This document shows, in pieces, positions 27,650-36,706 of a stretch of 64,000 bases of DNA. The position numbers and the translations under genes are program-made. Source of the stretch: a virus (lineage: Duplodnaviria; Caudoviricetes); the IMG/VR virus record IMGVR_UViG_3300001580_001418, positions 30,081 to 94,080 of that record; one strand, written 5' to 3'. The notes under the pieces were generated by a model. The model had not been told where the DNA came from. It was given only the letters and a program-made list of their open reading frames with translations, and searched no databases. Within the stretch, counting starts at the first letter, position 1, and every line of letters starts with the position of its first letter.

Positions 27650-27893
27650 CAATCCCCATTTCCTCGAGCGTATCGACCACCGCATCGGGATAACCGGTCT
27701 CGCCGGGTTTAACCATTTTGGTCCCATCGACAGTGACGCTCCCAACTTCATCTGAAACCTTTAACGCCATGGCTTTACCATTTAAACCAGAAAACTTCGG
27801 ATTTTGAGAAACCAATCTTACGATATTTCCCTCAATCATTAAGACCACTATCGCTGTTCCATCGCTACTTATTCCGTACTTCATCCCTTTCAT
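27636..27893 (-). CDS. Small protein, candidate peptidase immunity factor
   Basis: ATGA-coupled to the MuF-peptidase gene. Confidence 0.55.
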   Translation of the reverse strand: MKGMKYGISSDGTAIVVLMIEGNIVRLVSQNPKFSGLNGKAMALKVSDEVGSVTVDGTKMVKPGETGYPDAVVDTLEEMGIDVVG

Positions 27894-29677
27894 GACACAA
27901 ACACCTTCTTGTAGATTTCGGCTATCTTCGGGGCCTTTCTCTCAAGTCTTCCTCTGTCAACTACGTACATTGCATAACCCTCAGCAAAACCTTCGCGCGG
28001 CTTAGAAGACCCATATCTCGTAATCTTTCCCTTACTGGCATTTGCTACCCAAACGGCGCGTACAACTCCAAATATCTCCGCAACGGAATGACCGAATTCA
28101 TGTAGAAACGTTGACTTTGAAACTCCACGTGCAAGCACTATCTCACCACTATTGCTATCATGGAATCCATCGACGCTTTTCCAAAGCTTACCACCAGCTC
28201 TCAGGTTGGCAAGGTCAGTAACCTCTGCCACTCCACTCAAAAAAGTTATGGCCCTTACCTCCGTCCCGACCAGGTGTTTCTCAGGCAACATAGCCAACGT
28301 CTCATGCACAAACTTCTTATCCGCATCACTTCCAGAAACAAGAAGTTTCTTTGAATCAAGAATCTTCTTGACCTTATCAGGCGTTAATCCATATCCACCC
28401 CTCTGCACTCTTGTGGCCGGGAAAATAACGACACCAGACTTTAGGAGCGCCCTCCCATATCTCTCCTGAGGCTGCCCAGGAAATTTATTTCTCAACACAG
28501 CTACCGCTTCGCCTAGACCAAACTTCTTACCCTGGCCTGCCATCTCACCCTTTAACCAATCGGCCATCTGACTTGATCCAATTGCCCCATGCCCAGCAAT
28601 ACCACCACCAGGGAGACTGCCACCACGCATCCCAGGACGACCCTTGTGCCCAAAATTACCAGAGCCGGGGCCGCCTTCGAGAAGCAATTCTTTTTTAACC
28701 TCTTCAACGATCGATTCAACAAACTTCGTTTTCTGAACTTGCCCGCCCGGCACATAATAAATCTTGTGCTTCTCCATGAAGTCGATCATATCGGCGTTCA
28801 GATCACGACGCATCCGAATCAGTTCCTTCTTCTGATCACCACTTGTGGCACTGATCATTCCTCTAAGTCGATCAATCTCGGATGACATTTGACCAAGTTT
28901 GTCACGTTCATTGTCAGACGGTAGGCGATAACCTTGAGGCGGGGCAACCAGCTTCGGACCTTTAATGACGTACAGTTCAGGCTTTGGCTTTTCCTCCGCA
29001 TACTCAAAACGGAGCTCGCACCTGCAATTAGAAAGACAGCGCGAAGTGCCATCTCTCGGGACGGCAGGCAATGTCTTTTTTGTATATGGGCCACCCGCAG
29101 CAAGTCTGATACAGTCATCACAATGCCTCGCCTCCCTTAAAATCCATCGAATCTTCACAAACTCAGGAGACCCATCAACCTTACCATGATGAAAAACACC
29201 ATCCAGCGTCTCTGTATACATGGACAGACGGTCTTCTATGCCCATGACCAATGCGTTCTTCTTAATGTCCTCGACGAATCTACCAAGGTATCCGAACTCT
29301 TCGGCCTCGGCACCTTTCAACCACGTCTTGTCCTGTTCCCAAATCCCGAATGGATTCCCAACAGACTTAATTCCTAATCCATAAGCCTTCTCCCAGGCAT
29401 CCTTAATCTCAGAATGCCACAGCGTCTCCATCACTTCAGCTGTGATTTCTCCCTTCTGATAAGAACCAAGAATACCGAACAGGGCATCCTTGAACTCTTC
29501 TTTTAAGCCGTCATAATCGGAGACAGCCTGTGCAATCATCTTCTTGTCCAGATTCGTACGCAGACTTCCTATCAACCTAACAAGCGTGGACATGAGAATC
29601 GCCTTCTCGTTGGCAAACGTTCTCCGGCCACCAAATGATTTGCCTTCTGTCAGGTTGCAAGCTAATTGCAAACTCAT
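27890..29677 (-). CDS. MuF/gpF-like minor head protein with internal tag and C-terminal zincin metallopeptidase (cargo 1)
   Basis: Directly after portal; HCDDC...P.VPRDG...CLSNCRC MuF-like motif; LLLE-GGPGSGNFGHKGRPGMRGGSL; TFLHEFGH...EGFAE. Confidence 0.8.
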   Translation of the reverse strand: MSLQLACNLTEGKSFGGRRTFANEKAILMSTLVRLIGSLRTNLDKKMIAQAVSDYDGLKEEFKDALFGILGSYQKGEITAEVMETLWHSEIKDAWEKAYGLGIKSVGNPFGIWEQDKTWLKGAEAEEFGYLGRFVEDIKKNALVMGIEDRLSMYTETLDGVFHHGKVDGSPEFVKIRWILREARHCDDCIRLAAGGPYTKKTLPAVPRDGTSRCLSNCRCELRFEYAEEKPKPELYVIKGPKLVAPPQGYRLPSDNERDKLGQMSSEIDRLRGMISATSGDQKKELIRMRRDLNADMIDFMEKHKIYYVPGGQVQKTKFVESIVEEVKKELLLEGGPGSGNFGHKGRPGMRGGSLPGGGIAGHGAIGSSQMADWLKGEMAGQGKKFGLGEAVAVLRNKFPGQPQERYGRALLKSGVVIFPATRVQRGGYGLTPDKVKKILDSKKLLVSGSDADKKFVHETLAMLPEKHLVGTEVRAITFLSGVAEVTDLANLRAGGKLWKSVDGFHDSNSGEIVLARGVSKSTFLHEFGHSVAEIFGVVRAVWVANASKGKITRYGSSKPREGFAEGYAMYVVDRGRLERKAPKIAEIYKKVFVS

Positions 29678-31245
29678 CTATTAATCTCCAGGTCCACCAA
29701 ATCCCTCAGCGTCTCGACAAGATTCATCATCTGCATCGTCACGATATGAAAACCATCGGATCGATTCAATCCGTTACTTCCATCTTCCTTCTGAGAAACC
29801 ATCGCCAAAGGATTCAAGCCACCTACTTGAGGGGTCGTCATTCCCGTCGCCCCGGCAGCCCTCAGTGACGGCGTTGTTGCTTTTTTAGGGGATGGTGAGG
29901 TAAGGGGTGCAGGTTTATCTTTTAATACGGCAGCAATTTCTTCATCGGGCAAGCCAAGAAAAGTCCGAAGAATGAACTCATCGCCAAGGATTTGCATATC
30001 AACCTTGTAAATCTTAGCAACCTCGGCCTTCAGCTTCTCCATTGTCCATTTCCGCATCTCGTCAACCATCGAGATCGGCTCAAAGCTAATTTCGTACAGT
30101 CCCTTCGTTGAAGCGATGCCTCGAAGTATCAGCTGATAATCGATGATCTGGATCAAACCCGTTCGTAACGCCTTCCGAATCCTTCCAACGGTCCGCGCAA
30201 ACTGAATGTCCTCTTCAACGATCGTGGCCTTCGCCTTCACGTCTTTCTCAAGGCCAACAAATGCCTTCGGGACCTTCAACCCTGCGAACAGCTTCGTCTG
30301 GAAATATTCCACGTCTCGGATGTTGCCAAGATTAGTTGCACCCTGCAGAACATTAACGTCAGCTTTCGATTCTTTCGTTACTCCGAGGAAAAAATCCTCT
30401 TCCGCAGACAGCGGGTTTTGGGTCGTTTCAAGCTGCCCCGTCACGGGGTTAACCATCCTCTTCTTCTTAAACTCTCTCTTTACGTCTTCGACATATGACT
30501 TTCTCTCTTCTCTGTCCAGACCATCAACATCAACCAAAATTTTATATCTCAGATGGGACCGCGTCAGCCGACCAATCACCATCCCATCTTCCATCATTTG
30601 CAGTTGCTTATAGACCCGGCGGATCGATTTCATCACGCTCTCGCCGTAAAGTTTCTTTTGCCCACCATTCCTCCAATGAACTATCTGCCATTTCTCGAAC
30701 TCAGCAACGCTAACGGTTCCGCTTTCATCCTTCTGTACGTATGGTTTTTCGGCATCACGACCATACTCATCCACTTCCCTGTGCATCATTGCCGGTTCAA
30801 GGGGCTTTAATCGGTCAATCCATCCTTCCGAATCAACAACCACCTCGTCGAACTCGTCTCCCATTTTGGATAAATTTCTTGCAGTATCCCAAATCGTCTC
30901 CTGGATCTTCGTCCTATCAAACAGCTCGTCTATAATGTTTTGGACTCTCGGGTTCTTACTCTTCACCTCAATTGCATTACCCGTCTTCCCTTTCTCCTTT
31001 GTTGCATTGTCAGCGTACAGGTCAAGGGCTGTCGAAATTTCAGGATACTCCTCGTCCATGATCAGGTAATCGATATATTTCGCTTTCCTCGTGCGCTCAA
31101 TCTTGATTTTCTTATAGTAGAGACTCGCAGCAAAGCTTTCGAAGCTGGTCTCGGTCGTCTCTTCCCTCTTCTTTGGTGGCGTGGCAAGTTTCGACAATGC
31201 CGCGCTTATCCTATCAATCAACGGGATGTTAATTTTTACTTCCAT
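29674..31245 (-). CDS. Portal protein, T4 gp20-like
   Basis: MDEEYPEISTALD, MEDGMVIGRLTRS..RYKILVDV, EEDFFL, LQGATNLGNIRDVEYFQTKLFAGLKVP. Confidence 0.93.
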   Translation of the reverse strand: MEVKINIPLIDRISAALSKLATPPKKREETTETSFESFAASLYYKKIKIERTRKAKYIDYLIMDEEYPEISTALDLYADNATKEKGKTGNAIEVKSKNPRVQNIIDELFDRTKIQETIWDTARNLSKMGDEFDEVVVDSEGWIDRLKPLEPAMMHREVDEYGRDAEKPYVQKDESGTVSVAEFEKWQIVHWRNGGQKKLYGESVMKSIRRVYKQLQMMEDGMVIGRLTRSHLRYKILVDVDGLDREERKSYVEDVKREFKKKRMVNPVTGQLETTQNPLSAEEDFFLGVTKESKADVNVLQGATNLGNIRDVEYFQTKLFAGLKVPKAFVGLEKDVKAKATIVEEDIQFARTVGRIRKALRTGLIQIIDYQLILRGIASTKGLYEISFEPISMVDEMRKWTMEKLKAEVAKIYKVDMQILGDEFILRTFLGLPDEEIAAVLKDKPAPLTSPSPKKATTPSLRAAGATGMTTPQVGGLNPLAMVSQKEDGSNGLNRSDGFHIVTMQMMNLVETLRDLVDLEINR

Positions 31246-31264
31246 ATCCAATCCTTTCAATCGT

Positions 31265-31278
31265 TACGCATGTGCGTA
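31265..31278. promoter_or_regulatory. Type-A operator-like palindrome TACGCATGTGCGTA
   Basis: Perfect match upstream of portal. Confidence 0.75.
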
Positions 31279-31288
31279 TTATCCGCAC

Positions 31289-31330
31289 AAAAAATAGGCG
31301 CTCCCGACAGCCCAACGCCGAAAGCGCCTA
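31289..31330 (-). terminator. Intrinsic terminator upstream of portal
   Basis: TAGGCGCTTTCGGCG-loop-TGTCGGGAGCGCCTA followed by TTTTTT. Confidence 0.75.
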
Positions 31331-31380
31331 CAAAAAAGGAGAGACAGTGATGGTTTCGCTTATATCATACAATGCACCTT

Positions 31381-31408
31381 AACATACAAGAATTAGAAAA
31401 CTTGTCAA
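31381..31408 (-). promoter_or_regulatory. sigma70-like promoter of the head operon
   Basis: TTGACA-N16-TATGTT in an AT-rich intergenic gap. Confidence 0.55.
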
Positions 31409-31455
31409 TACACAAAAATCCCTACCGCTACATATGCTATCAAGTGACACATAAA

Positions 31456-31632
31456 TTAAGCCTTGAACCCGTCGAGATCGACCCTCTCTCGGACGAGAAT
31501 CAATTCAATCGTATGAAAAACAGACTTGCAGTGCCGACACTTTCTCTTCCTCTTCACTAAACCATTTTTTGCCTGCCATGTTCGTAGAACCTTTTTGGGA
31601 GCACTCGTGTTCTTACATTCTGGACACTTCAT
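31456..31632 (-). CDS. Small zinc-ribbon protein (NrdR-N/Ogr-Delta-like), 58 aa; not in ORF track
   Basis: MKCPEC...V.RT......RKRKCRHCKSVFHTIE; RBS GAGGGAAGG. Confidence 0.7.
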   Translation of the reverse strand: MKCPECKNTSAPKKVLRTWQAKNGLVKRKRKCRHCKSVFHTIELILVRERVDLDGFKA

Positions 31633-31644
31633 CCTTCCCTCCTC

Positions 31645-33606
31645 TCACTTCCCGAGTAACCATTTTGTCTCTTCCAACTTTCTTTTAATTTCATCATCAG
31701 CCGCAGATTCAGTAATCCCAAGGGACGGCGCAACGGGTTCTACCACCTTCTTCGTCTCGCAGTTATGGACCACTCCTGCAAGGCTATCCGCCATGTCCTT
31801 CGATCCACTCGGTCTGTGATCGACCTTCCCTTTTCGCTTATTCCATTCTAACTGCCTCAGCTCGTTCACCCCGACGGGATGCAAATATCCTTTTAGCCTT
31901 GTCTCATAGAGCGCCATCTTTAATCGGCTATAGGGCTGCGTGTTAACGTCAACACTCAACTCTTCAACATTCATGCCCTTATCTTTCAACTGCTGTTGCG
32001 TGTCTTTCGATTGGAAAGAGTCCATCGTTATCAAGGCAAACCTAAATCCCATCTCCTTCAGCTCAAAAATCAACTGCCTAATATCGCCCAGGATGATCTC
32101 TCCGGCGGGGGGCGGAACAATACGCAACCACAGATCGACATAAATCACGGGAAGCATTTCGACAAACGCTTCCCTTCTCGTTTTTGGTTCCAACGTTCCA
32201 GGTTCAATAATCTGTATCGTTCTCCAACGTGTCCTTTCCTCGTAATGGCTCGGGTGCCCCATACAAAACCCTGCCGCATCACCGCTGATCGAAGGGTCAA
32301 TATGGACATAGCGTCTCGTTTTGGGATTTACTTTCGGTCTCAAGCCTTCAAACTTCACTACCCCAAGTTCATCCACTTCCTTCACCCACTGGCACAACAC
32401 ATCTCTCAAAACATAGGCGCCGTCCCTCAGCGTCGTTTCGTAGGCGCTAAACGGATGCCTTCGATTATCCTCATACATTTTTGCAATCATATCCCTCTTC
32501 GTAATGAATGGTTCGATCGCAACGGTGGCCTTACCCGCAAGATCTCTCAGGGATCCTTCCATGTCAATTTCGAAGTCATGTCTGAACTCAATCGGGACCG
32601 CTATCTTTTCCTCTTCCTCTCCAAGCACTTCCTCGTCTTTCGGTATTCTTCCAAGGCCGGACTCTCTGTTGAAGAAGATGATGAACTTCTCTTCGCTATA
32701 AGTACCATCGGGCTTCGTGTCCCAAACAGCATAATTCCTTACAAACACGTTCTTGTGTCCTTGATACAGGGCCGCTTTCCTTTCCATAAAATCATCTGGG
32801 TACTGAGCGCTACTTAATGCCATGAGCTTCCCGGGCAAGTTCCCGAACCTCAAATAACGTGTCTCCATCCTTCGAAGCAGTGCAGTGAACACTACTTCAG
32901 CCTGGTCATAAAGCCTCTTCCCGCCACGGAGTCTTGCCGTCTGCGATCGCTCTACGATCGGCATAAAATTCGCCTCGTCCATGGCCGCAGCAAACGTATT
33001 CATACCAATAACCTGTGACTGCGTACATGCTGCCAGCAAGACATTGTTCGGAAATCTGAGCTCGGTTGCAAAATCCTGGTACGGGAAAACGGTTCTGAAA
33101 TACTCGCTTCCCTTAATCTTTCCTTTCAGTCCTTCAAAAATAACTCTCTTCGCTTGCGTGTGCGTCACCGACACGTTGGCAAAAAAGAGCTTGTCTTCCT
33201 TAACCATCCGATACGTCTTTTGGGGATTCTTTAAACACGAGACTTCATAAATAATTCTCGCAATCGCAATCTCGGAAAACGTTGACTTCCCCCAACCAAT
33301 AGACCCACCGAACAACCCAAGGAAGTATTCATTTCCTGGGTCAAAAAACTCGATGAGGTCATCCACAAGCTTAGGGTAAACCGTATCAATAATCCCAAGA
33401 TAGTACGGCTCCTTCAGAAACGTATACATATCTACTGGCTTCTCAATATAATCGATGCTTCTCAGGTCATCTTCGATCTTGCTCTTTCCAATCCCAACGT
33501 ACTCCTCGAGAGCTTTTATAAAAAGGTCTGCTTCTTCTGGACTCTTAAACCCACTTAACGCTTTTTCGATCAGCACAGGGTCAATCAATTTTTCTATCTC
33601 AGGCAT
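31645..33606 (-). CDS. terL: Terminase large subunit
   Basis: GGSIGWGKST Walker A, AAMDEANF Walker B, YVHIDPS RNase H-like motif, KVDHRPSGSKDMADSLAG. Confidence 0.93.
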   Translation of the reverse strand: MPEIEKLIDPVLIEKALSGFKSPEEADLFIKALEEYVGIGKSKIEDDLRSIDYIEKPVDMYTFLKEPYYLGIIDTVYPKLVDDLIEFFDPGNEYFLGLFGGSIGWGKSTFSEIAIARIIYEVSCLKNPQKTYRMVKEDKLFFANVSVTHTQAKRVIFEGLKGKIKGSEYFRTVFPYQDFATELRFPNNVLLAACTQSQVIGMNTFAAAMDEANFMPIVERSQTARLRGGKRLYDQAEVVFTALLRRMETRYLRFGNLPGKLMALSSAQYPDDFMERKAALYQGHKNVFVRNYAVWDTKPDGTYSEEKFIIFFNRESGLGRIPKDEEVLGEEEEKIAVPIEFRHDFEIDMEGSLRDLAGKATVAIEPFITKRDMIAKMYEDNRRHPFSAYETTLRDGAYVLRDVLCQWVKEVDELGVVKFEGLRPKVNPKTRRYVHIDPSISGDAAGFCMGHPSHYEERTRWRTIQIIEPGTLEPKTRREAFVEMLPVIYVDLWLRIVPPPAGEIILGDIRQLIFELKEMGFRFALITMDSFQSKDTQQQLKDKGMNVEELSVDVNTQPYSRLKMALYETRLKGYLHPVGVNELRQLEWNKRKGKVDHRPSGSKDMADSLAGVVHNCETKKVVEPVAPSLGITESAADDEIKRKLEETKWLLGK

Positions 33607-33616
33607 AGGCTATCCT

Positions 33617-33630
33617 CACACAATTGCGTA
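33617..33630. promoter_or_regulatory. Type-A operator-like site CACACAATTGCGTA
   Basis: 2 mismatches; abuts the terL RBS. Confidence 0.6.
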
Positions 33631-33644
33631 AATTCAATACAAAC

Positions 33645-34406
33645 TTAAACGCACCGATGCGTTGACTTTCTTTCCTCTACGTAGTCACGATCAGACAAAA
33701 TGCAGTTCTTCACATCATTCGTCGTTCTTTTATCAACAACCGCGTAAATTTCTTCTGACCTTACATTTCTAAAATACGGACGCATGAACCTCGGATTGAA
33801 CGTCCCCATCACATCTTTATAAACACTCGACACGGTATTCCATTTGAACGTCGACATTTCCAAATCCATCTCATACCGATCAGCAAGCCTCAAGACGTTA
33901 TACTCGTACAGCCTCTTATCGAACGACTCGCTCCGGTTCCAGTAATACGGATACTCCCGGTAGAAATGCTGAGCCACCTCGAGCCTCGACAAAAAATTGT
34001 GATCAGGATGCTTAAACCCCATGGGACCAATGACAAGGCCTTCGCACAACCCTGTCACCTTATCCCTCAACTCCCATGGTGTCGTCTTGTTCATAATCGA
34101 AAACTGCGTGAAAAAGTCTTTCACAAACGTAGACCGTTCTTTTCTTTCCTCGGCGCCCCCGCCCTTCATGATCATCGTCAGATTCAGATCAACCACCTGA
34201 AACTTTATCTTACTAAAAAACGGGGAAATGACGGACGTCGGGATCTGCGAAATCCCTGCCCCAACACTAAAAAAACTGATGATCTTTAGCCGCTTCAGCG
34301 TACACTCTGACTCAAGATAAAGCATCGTCCCGAGCATATTGAGGCAGAAGTCATCGTGGTGCGGTTCCAAAACGGTTATCGTGTCATAAGCCTTTAACGA
34401 ATTCAT
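33645..34406 (-). CDS. PIG-L/LmbE-like deacetylase
   Basis: VLEPHHDD, GFKHPDH and YREYPY motifs. Confidence 0.7.
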   Translation of the reverse strand: MNSLKAYDTITVLEPHHDDFCLNMLGTMLYLESECTLKRLKIISFFSVGAGISQIPTSVISPFFSKIKFQVVDLNLTMIMKGGGAEERKERSTFVKDFFTQFSIMNKTTPWELRDKVTGLCEGLVIGPMGFKHPDHNFLSRLEVAQHFYREYPYYWNRSESFDKRLYEYNVLRLADRYEMDLEMSTFKWNTVSSVYKDVMGTFNPRFMRPYFRNVRSEEIYAVVDKRTTNDVKNCILSDRDYVEERKSTHRCV

Positions 34407-35187
34407 CCCTTACCTTTCCTGCCTCTTCTTCCGTTGGCAGTTCGTAATAATCTTCGGCCTTCATTTTCAGGCCGAGCTTTCCGTACCTCTCCATCCGGTT
34501 CAACGGATGGACCTGAATGTAATGCTCTCCGGGGCCCGGCTGATACGATTGAGCTATCAGGCCAAGCGTCTTCACAATTCGATTTGCCTTATACATCCAA
34601 TAGCAATCTTCCGTGATGTTCATATCGCTCCGCGTCATCAGCGCAGACATGCATCGATGGAATATCTTCGAAATCATTTGAAGGCCTTCGGCAAAGATCT
34701 TAATTGAGTCCTTCCCAAACATCTGCTTATAGAAATCATCTCCCTTATCGACCAGCGTCTTGAAGTACATTTCGAACATATCGGTCTTTTCTCGCTCAAC
34801 CTTGAAATAAACCAGCTTCACCTTTGGCTTTATCATCACAAGTTTATTCGCAACCGCCATCTCTACACATCTTGCAACGTATCCTGGCTCCAAACAATCA
34901 TCACTATCGAGCAGTCCAAAATAATCTCCCTTCAGCACAGCCAGGAGACAATTCGTTGCGAATCCCCTTCCCACGTTTTGGCTGCTTCCGATTGTTCTCC
35001 AGTCTGTCGAGCACTGCTCTTTAATTATCGGGTAGGCATCCAGCCCACCGTCCCGGCAAAACGTAACCAGCAAATTCTTATACGTCTGCCTGTTGATGCT
35101 GGCAACCGCCCGGCCAAGCTCTGACATCATCAGGACTTCATCTTCGTAAAAATACCTAACAAGAATCTCTACCAACGGCTCGCCCAT
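34384..35187 (-). CDS. GT2-family glycosyltransferase
   Basis: RAVASINRQTYKN...DGG...NVGRGFATN...GDYFGLLDSDD...EDC. Confidence 0.85.
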   Translation of the reverse strand: MGEPLVEILVRYFYEDEVLMMSELGRAVASINRQTYKNLLVTFCRDGGLDAYPIIKEQCSTDWRTIGSSQNVGRGFATNCLLAVLKGDYFGLLDSDDCLEPGYVARCVEMAVANKLVMIKPKVKLVYFKVEREKTDMFEMYFKTLVDKGDDFYKQMFGKDSIKIFAEGLQMISKIFHRCMSALMTRSDMNITEDCYWMYKANRIVKTLGLIAQSYQPGPGEHYIQVHPLNRMERYGKLGLKMKAEDYYELPTEEEAGKVRDEFVKGL

Positions 35188-35315
35188 CGCTATCTCCCGT
35201 TACATCAAATTGCAAAAACCGGATATGGAAAAGGTTTGGCTCCACCCGAAAGCATTTGGTACGTGCAAATACTTCAAGGGCATTCATGATTTTTCATCCA
35301 TAGAGAGCCCAATGG

Positions 35316-35738
35316 CTACTGGCTCAGCGCTGAGCCTTCTTGTTCCTTGTATCCGCCTCTTTCAGGAGCATCCTTCTCAGGGTTTCCCAATCCTTTTTCC
35401 TCTCCACTGCGATCTGATAATCGAATCCCTCCACTACTTTCCCGTCTTTCCTTAGTTGAAGGACTATTACGTCTTTGCTCAAGTGCTCGTAAACGTCGAA
35501 CATCTATGTGTCCCCCTTTTTTAAGCTTATCGATTTTCTTAATGACGCATCTACATACCACAATCCGATTCGTTTTGGTATTCCTTCCTTCAGACCCGCG
35601 ACCATAGCAGTACTTACAGTTCGGATTGGGGGCGATGTTCACCGTCACCTCGTCAAAGCCACTCACATCCTTCTTCTTGGCTGTCGGATCTTCGCCCTTC
35701 CCTTCGTCGACATACGTTGGCTTTTCTTCGGTATCCAT
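35316..35738 (-). CDS. Hypothetical protein with CxxC..GxG..CxC zinc motif
   Basis: NCKYCYGRG...VCRCV. Confidence 0.5.
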   Translation of the reverse strand: MDTEEKPTYVDEGKGEDPTAKKKDVSGFDEVTVNIAPNPNCKYCYGRGSEGRNTKTNRIVVCRCVIKKIDKLKKGGHIDVRRLRALEQRRNSPSTKERRESSGGIRLSDRSGEEKGLGNPEKDAPERGGYKEQEGSALSQ

Positions 35739-35751
35739 CAGACAGCTCCTT

Positions 35752-36000
35752 TCAGCTTTTCTCCATGAGGAGAGTTCGAGTGTCGTCTCCCTCTTCCACC
35801 CCAACTATCTCGTAATCATAAATGTCGATATACTTCATGTCGGATAGTCGAACGCGCACCATCCCCTTCGTCAAATACTCTTCGGACGCTTTCCCAATCC
35901 CTGGGATAAACGACATTCTTGTCCGAGGCCCAACCTCAAGGATCATCATCTCGTGTCCGCTGAGCTTGTGCTTCACCTTCATGCCGGCTTTCAGTTCCAT
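35752..36000 (-). CDS. Small hypothetical protein
   Basis: RBS; LKAGMKVKHKLSG. Confidence 0.5.
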   Translation of the reverse strand: MELKAGMKVKHKLSGHEMMILEVGPRTRMSFIPGIGKASEEYLTKGMVRVRLSDMKYIDIYDYEIVGVEEGDDTRTLLMEKS

Positions 36001-36016
36001 CTTCTCACCCCCTTCC

Positions 36017-36559
36017 CTAAAAGAAGAAATCCATACTCAACACTTTCTGATCGATCGCATACGCGGGCTTCCCGAACACTGTCTTTACATTCTCTTCCCT
36101 GATAAACAGTTCGCCTGGGATGCAACCTTTGAACGTAAATGTCGGGTACAGGCCAAACATCAGGGCGTAGAGATCGCACATCCCGCGTCCCTTCGTCTCG
36201 AGATCTGCACAGAGCATCCCGTTCTGGTGCCCCGTGTATTTCACGTCAACGGTCTTTTTGACACACTCGCCCTCAATCCACAGCGTGAGGAAATGATCAT
36301 AAAAGGCATACTTGCGGTCCCACGCCATGTAGCAATTGAAGAGCTTCGCAAACGCCATCTGAGCGCCCATCGTCTGTCGGAGCCTGAGAGGATCCTTCGT
36401 GCTGTTCCAAACGCCCCGAGCCTTATCAGTTTTTATCCAGTCGTCAACGATCAGCTCTACCATGTGGCACTCATACTTATCGAGCGTGACGGTGTATTTC
36501 TCCACCACTGGCTTCCTGCCAAATTCATGAGCATCAAGTTTTACGGGCTGACCGTTCAC
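36017..36559 (-). CDS. Putative PD-(D/E)xK nuclease-like protein
   Basis: GAQMAFAKLFN...D...VDVKYT. Confidence 0.5.
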   Translation of the reverse strand: MNGQPVKLDAHEFGRKPVVEKYTVTLDKYECHMVELIVDDWIKTDKARGVWNSTKDPLRLRQTMGAQMAFAKLFNCYMAWDRKYAFYDHFLTLWIEGECVKKTVDVKYTGHQNGMLCADLETKGRGMCDLYALMFGLYPTFTFKGCIPGELFIREENVKTVFGKPAYAIDQKVLSMDFFF

Positions 36560-36569
36560 GGTATCACCT

Positions 36570-36704
36570 TACGCTTTTGCGTATATTCATGGCGTAAAAA
36601 ATCCCATCATTCCATGATGCAATTACTTGCATGTAGCTATCGTTCCCGTCTGCAATCAATTGCAAATGCCGTTCGTCACGTTTCAGTTTTGCAATCAATA
36701 TGCA
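36570..36704. promoter_or_regulatory. Regulatory cluster: one type-A and three type-B palindromes
   Basis: TACGCTTTTGCGTA 36570-83; TGCAATTACTTGCA 36618-31; TGCAATCAATTGCA 36651-64; TGCAATCAATATGCA 36690-704. Confidence 0.7.
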
Positions 36705-36706
36705 CA

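Noticed and set aside
19703-33606. Inteins in terminase, portal or capsid
   Set aside because: Lengths are ordinary and no C...HN splice motifs or LAGLIDADG blocks were seen
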